Assembly (NCBI GenBank): GCA_020137815.1
Contig: CM035351.1
Span: forward strand, 3,782,001 to 3,846,000
DNA: 64,000 nucleotides
Reading direction: 5' to 3'
Source of the DNA: Hormiphora californensis
Lineage: Eukaryota > Animalia > Ctenophora
Shown here: one piece after another, positions 58,401 through 64,000 of the stretch
Position numbering within the stretch: the first letter of the stretch is position 1
How the letters are laid out: each line of letters begins with the position of its first letter
Notes under the pieces: generated by a model
Database searches by the model: none
Told to the model about the DNA's origin: nothing
The model's input: only the letters and a program-made list of their open reading frames with translations
Position numbers and translations under genes: made by a program

Positions 58401-59094
58401 TAGATAAGGGGTAGGGTAGCTGAAAGATGGAGTAGATGAGGGGTAGGGTAGCTGAAAGATGGAGTAGATGAGGGGTAGGGTAGCTGAGAGATCGAGTTGA
58501 TGAGGGGTAGGATAGCTGAGAGATGGAGTAGATCAAGATCAAGAAATATTTGATTCGGCACCGACCCTCTCTCTACTCCTCGATGTTTCCCGCCATGTTC
58601 TGCAGCTGCTGTGTGAGAGTTGAACGCGAGCGCGTCAATAACATGACACGACATGCAACACGACATGCAACACGACATGCGAGATGCGAATTTCATTATT
58701 TTGAAGTTTTGTGGGGTTGCGATTTTTGTTTTAGGTCGGAGAGTGAAACGGCCGGTACAGTGGTAAACTAGATTAAAAACTGTACGCCTCGTTAGACGGC
58801 GATTTTTCCTATCTTGTCTGGTTCCTGAGATATGGCCCCCTAAAGAGTTGGTGTCTCAAACTGCTGAATTGGGGTCACGCGAGGAAAATGGGCATCAGTT
58901 TGCGTGTACTGCTCCGTTTTTCACGGGACTTGAACGAGGGTGACGGCAAGAGTCTCACCTATTACATAGTATCCTTACATTGTGTATTAAATCTAAAATG
59001 ACTGAGCAGTATGCTTGTTAATGAACCTTGACGTGTTTGCTTGTCTCGCAAGCGCGCTCGCGACTAGCAAACACGACATGCAGTTCACACCCTG
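55452..59094. mobile_element. Foldback-type palindromic DNA element (3.64 kb)
   Basis: CAGGGTGTGAAC...GTTCACACCCTG termini, 5 bp TSD GTTAT, about 570 bp near-identical inverted arms, then inverted arrays of a 32 bp unit (TTTACTCCATCTCTCAGCTTCCCTACCTCCCA) meeting at ~57132-57152. Confidence 0.9.
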
Positions 59095-59124
59095 GTTATC
59101 TAACCAGCAACTTTCCCTTTTCAG

Positions 59125-62100
59125 ACATTCAGTTTGGTGAACAAACGTATGGGGAAAAAGTTTTTCTTTCGGTTCAGCAAGGAAAAGTCACTGTTTCTCC
59201 TGTCCTATTCTAATCCCGTGAGAAGATTCTGCATCCGACTTATCTGCACGCAGTGGTTTGATCACTTCATCATCTCTGTTATTCTTATAAACTGTATTCT
59301 ACTTGCTGCCGACTACGATAACCGCAATGTAGAGTAAGTAATTAGCTTAATTAATTAACTAATTACTTAATTTGTAGGATGGTTCAGCCATGATTTTGTT
59401 AGTTTATTTTATTATTTTAATTCACAGCTAGCTAACAATTCCTCTCTCTTGTACAGGATTGCTTTTGCGGTGGTATATACGTTTGAGATGATTCTCAAGG
59501 TTCTCGCCAGGGGATTTGTATTACACCAACATGCCTACCTTAGAGATCCTTGGAACCGTCTTGATTTTGGTGTTGTCATGTTCGGGTAAGTTGGTTCATA
59601 ATTAAAGAGAGTTAATTAATTGGTTCACATACTAGTAGTTCATTAATTGTACATACCATTTGTACACATATTCCCTCCTTTTACAAATCTTTATTACGAA
59701 TCTCAAGACTCCTGCACTTTCCAGTATCTATAGTTCTACACACACATACAACTAGTGAGAATGGTGAGAGTGTGGGTAGCTATGCTTGATACCATGCATG
59801 CTAACACTCTTCTATTTTCAGCTATTTAACGTTAGTGGAGTCTTTAAGCGATCTCGCCTTTATTAAAGCACTAAGAGTGCTCCGGTCGTTGCGGACTATA
59901 ACGGTCGTACCAGGTAATTTATGAATTAATGTCCGGAAATAAATAGATAAAGATAAAGATGTAATATTATGGTGGTCCTGAGTTCTAAAAATTCTAAAAT
60001 ATGAATCATAATAAATTGCAAACTAACTCACCCTGTCTCCCTTCTCTCACAGGTTTACGAATCATGGTTAATTCTTTACTAAAATCGTTACGGAACTTAT
60101 CCGATGTCATGTTGTTGACGCTATTTTTCCTGGCCGTGTTTGCCATTATCGGTCTGCAATTGTTCATGGGGCAGCTAAAGAATAGGTGTATTCGGGATCC
60201 GTCGGACCTGGCAGACCCCGCTTATTGGTGGTGGGGTGTGACAGAGGAGACTGAGACGAATGCAACGAGGCTGGCCGAGGCGGTGGTGTTTCAGAAGGAA
60301 TATTATAATAACGATACCAACTGGATACCTGATGCAGACGATCCCATCATTTGTGCAGGACCAAAAACACCGTAAGTCCATGGACGGGCCCGGTCGCTAC
60401 ACTCGAGTACAAACTTACTAAACCCTTTACCCGAGAAGTCGAAATATGTAGTTATGAGCTAGATTCTCGTTAGAAAACTGGTTACTAGGGAGTAGGGTAA
60501 CCAACCACTCTCCTCCTCAGTGGCACACGTCAGTGTCCTCTTGGAAGTTCGTGTGAGAACACCGACCAGAATCCCAATGACGGTTACACCAGTTTTGATG
60601 ACTTTGGAATGGCCATGTTGACCTGTGCCCAGCTAATTACCCTGGACTTCTGGGAAGATGTCTATGGAAAGGTATGGGTGACATAGTAGTATGTGGTATT
60701 TTATAGTACTAGCGGGATGTACAAAAGGGGTTAATTTTGTCACGTGCATGATATTTTAAGACAGTTGTTGACAATTATGGCTCTATTTCAGGTACTCGGT
60801 TCCTGTGGTGCTTTCTACATCGTTTATTTCCTCTTCATCATCTTCTTCGGTTCCTTCTACCTTATCAACTTGGTGTTGGCTGTCGTGGCCATCTCATACG
60901 AACAGGAAGTCCTGGACCCTCAGGAGAAGAAGGCTGGCGTGCCAGACCTGGATGGTAGTGGTGACGAGGCGTCCTTCAATGAAGACGACGACAAACTGGA
61001 TGGAGATGAAAATGAAGGAGCGCTGGTGGAAGCGGGTGCTCTCGCCAAGAAAAACAGGGGATTCTGTGGGGCTCTGAAGGCGTGCTGTTGTTGCTGCACT
61101 AGCACGCCCGAGAAGGTCGTGGTGGACCCGGAAAATGGGAACATGGTGTCCATGGGACCCACCGTGGAACGGGAGTCCTGCTGGGAGAAGTTTATTGATG
61201 TCTGGTTTTGGTTTAGATCCCATTTGAAGAGTTTCATCTACTGTTTCTGGTTTGAGAATGGGATCATGTTGTGTATTATTGTGAACACCCTCTGCCTCGC
61301 TCTCGATTCGCCCTCCATCAGCAGTGATATTGATGAAGTCCTCTCCAAGATTAATGATGTAAGCTACAACCCCTCTCTTTTCCCTCTCTTTTTCCCTCTC
61401 TTTTCCCTCTCTCAACCTCAAACTCTCATGGCATGGGTCCAAGATTCTACATGGCTAAAACATAGCCTGGTCCCAAAGCTGCCATGATCTGACATTAACC
61501 CCCCACCCACCCCCAGTGTCTGACGTGGATATTCTGTACTGAGCTGGTTATTAAACTGGTCGCCCTACTGCCACGAGAGTTCTGGCTGACCAAATGGAAC
61601 ATATTTGATACCATCATTGTCATCGTGTCTCTAATTGAGTTGAATCTTAACACCAGTTCATCATTTAATGTATCCGGTCTCCGGTCACTTCGAGTGGTAA
61701 GTAACATGTTTTTAGCTGATCGTGATAGTATACTAGTACCGTTCTTATTTTGTATAAACAACACGCTAACATCTCGTGTTTTCAGTTGAGGGTGTTCCGT
61801 CTGGCTAAATCGTGGAGTACCATGAAGGCCCTGATTGACATCATTGCTGAATCCATCTCTGGTCTGGTGTATCTCTCCATTATCCTGGGCGTGGTCATCT
61901 ACACTCTCTCCGTCATTGGCATGAACTTGTTCGAGCCTCAGTACACCAAATTCTACCAAGATGACCTCCCTCGATGGAATTACTCCGATTTCTACCACTC
62001 CTTCATCCTGCTCTTCCGAATCCTGTGCGGAGAATGGATTGAGTTGTTGTACGAGACGCTCAAGGCCACGGGACAATATTACCCTGTTATCTTCTATCTT

Positions 62101-63969
62101 GGATCCCTTGTTCTCGGTAACTTCCTCGTTCTCAACCTGTTTCTTGCGCTCCTCCTCAATGCGTTCGGGGAGGAATCTATCAAGGAGAAGAGCGGGGCAA
62201 CCGTGGACTCGGACGATGGGAAGCTCAGTTTATCCACCAAGATCAAGAATAAACTGTTCAACTTACGGAAGAAGAAACATCGCCTCGCCTCTGAGATTAG
62301 GATGTCGTCTCTGGCGCTCGGTCCTTCTGACCAGATGAGATCACCGTGTCGGCCGAATGGGAACCCCTCAGATATGGAGGACCAAAGCAACAATAACAAT
62401 AACAACAACAATAATAACAACAATAACAATAACAACAAGCCCGATCACGATGAATGTAAGTTGCACCCCATCTGTTATATAGCACCCATTTATCCCCCTC
62501 TTGTAAAACAACCCTCCTTATTACCAGTCTTCCAAACCCCCTCCCCCTTCAGATATGTCCAGTATTGATGAACACGAGGACAGGGACAAATACAGCTGTG
62601 ACGATTGTTGTCAATGTTGCATGATCTGCTGTCGGCCCTTCTGTGTCTGTTGCTCACGATTCCGAGCGGGAGTCAGGAGGGTTGTGGAACACCGTGCCTT
62701 CGAGTGGACCATTCTGTTCCTGATTATGGCCTCCAGTCTTACCCTTGCTTTTGAGGACGTCACGCTGGAGAAATCGCCCGTCCGGAAACAGATTGTCACG
62801 ATTCTGAACATCTTCTACGTGGTCGTCTTCACCATTGAAATGTGTCTGAAGTTGTTTGCCTTCGGAGTTTTCACCTACTTTGAGTCAGCATGGCATTGGA
62901 TCGATTCTCTTGTCGTGGGGGTAAGTAAATTTTGACATGATTTTGTAAGTCCGTTAATCATATCGTTGTACAGTCGGACCCCGATTTAGGGCCCCCCGAT
63001 TTAGTGGCACCCCGATTTAGGGACAGCATTTTTTTTCCCCGATATAGGAAATTAACCTTATTTGACCCCGATTTAGTGGACACCCCGATTTAGTGGACAA
63101 GCGCCTTTCCCCCGAGGGTGTCCCTAAATCGGGGTCCGACTGTAATTACTAGTTGGTAACACTACTTTCCTTTTTTAGATTTCCATCGTCAGTCAAGTGG
63201 TAACTAATGTCGGTGTGGGAGGACTAAAGGCCATTCGAGCCCTTAGGGCCCTTCGACCCCTCAGGGCTATCTCACAGTGGGAAGGAATGCGTCTCTCCGT
63301 CAACGCTCTCATCTCCTCCATCCCCTCTTTCGGAAATGTCTCCCTTGTGTGTCTTGTTCTTTGGCTAGTTTTCTGGTGAGTTTAAATCCCAACTACAAAT
63401 TACGATTGCTGTCCCCATCCCCATTTTATTAATTTGACCTCAATCGCAGTATTCTGGGAGTGCAATTCTTTGGTGATAAGTTCTACAAGTGTATCCACAA
63501 TGGGGAGAAGGTGAACGCTAACGATGTCAAAAATAAGACCGTGTGTATCCAGTTGTATGGGGTTGAGGCTTGGCAAAACTCCAAGATTAACTTTGATAAC
63601 ACCGTCATGGCTTTCTTTGCCCTCTACCAAGTGGTATGTAGTTTAGTTAGAGAGTTAGTTAGAGAGTTCCCTAAATTTGGCCTATTCTTCCCCCGCACGT
63701 GGTACCCCTTGAATCCTAACACCCTCCCTCTCTCTTTCCCCACTTCATTCACCAACACAATATGACTCTCCCACTAGGCCACATTTGAAGGTTGGATGGA
63801 GGTGATGGAGGATGCGGTGGACTCTGTTGGTGTGGATCAACAACCATCATTTGAAAACACCTTCACAGCATACATTTTCTTCCTTATATTCATCTTTGTG
63901 GGATCATTCTTCACCCTCAATCTTCTGGTGGGAGTCATCATTGATAACTTCAACCGACTTAAAAAGGAG
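59125..63969 (+). CDS. Nav2: Voltage-gated sodium channel family alpha subunit, Nav2 type; constant exons from domain I through IIIS6, continuing beyond the window
   Basis: Phase-consistent exons 59125-59333, 59457-59585, 59822-59913, 60053-60371, 60521-60671, 60792-61358, 61517-61696, 61786-62455, 62553-62920, 63179-63375, 63450-63633 and 63778-63969. Motifs: [12 protein letters not shown]4 segments [28 protein letters not shown] and [16 protein letters not shown], pore loops [17 protein letters not shown] and VATFEGW, and IIIS6 [15 protein letters not shown]. Confidence 0.95.
62971..63142. mobile_element. Tc1/pogo(Tigger)-like MITE (172 bp) in a Nav2 intron
   Basis: TA-CAGTCGGACCCCGATTTAGGG...CCCTAAATCGGGGTCCGACTG-TA. 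Confidence 0.9.
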
Positions 63970-64000
63970 GTTAGTGCCGCTTCAATTTTTAGTTTTTTGT

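Noticed and set aside
56605-58542. Long ORFs (478 aa on -, 177 aa on +) of PFTPSLS/SISQLPY repeats
   Set aside because: Translations of the 32 bp minisatellite inside the foldback element; no domain and no splice support.
55775-58771. Duplicated ORF pairs MKFASRMSCC... and MIRHRPSLY...
   Set aside because: Mirror translations of the foldback element's inverted arms, with no similarity to a transposase.
60805-62485. Antisense and alternative-frame ORFs overlapping Nav2 exons
   Set aside because: Shadow ORFs of a GC-rich coding sequence.

Overview
Animal genomic DNA with spliced genes and many repeats; the taxon cannot be established here, although short introns and a Nav2-type channel would fit an early-branching animal such as a ctenophore. 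The window holds two host genes on the + strand. The first is a multi-exon class A GPCR (1195-8170) with aminergic-type Asp3.32 but no Asp2.50 or Trp6.48. The second is a four-domain voltage-gated sodium-channel family gene of the Nav2 type (pore filter D-E-E in domains I-III), whose 12 visible constant exons run from 59125 past the window end. The main finding is an array of six candidate alternative N-terminal exons spread over 25.7-55.1 kb. Each ends at a phase-0 GT donor after a shared acidic motif (FEDR, FGDHNEQ, VDDGEK, LDDNDE, FDDRNEK, FGDTDPK) and joins in frame to one common acceptor (TFSLVNK...), suggesting a variable-first-exon, multi-promoter channel gene. A 3.6 kb foldback palindrome lies 30 nt upstream of that acceptor. 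The rest includes an internally deleted MULE transposon with a 68 bp relative, nested and scattered MITEs, minisatellites, many (GA)n/(CT)n tracts and a 100-N assembly gap.
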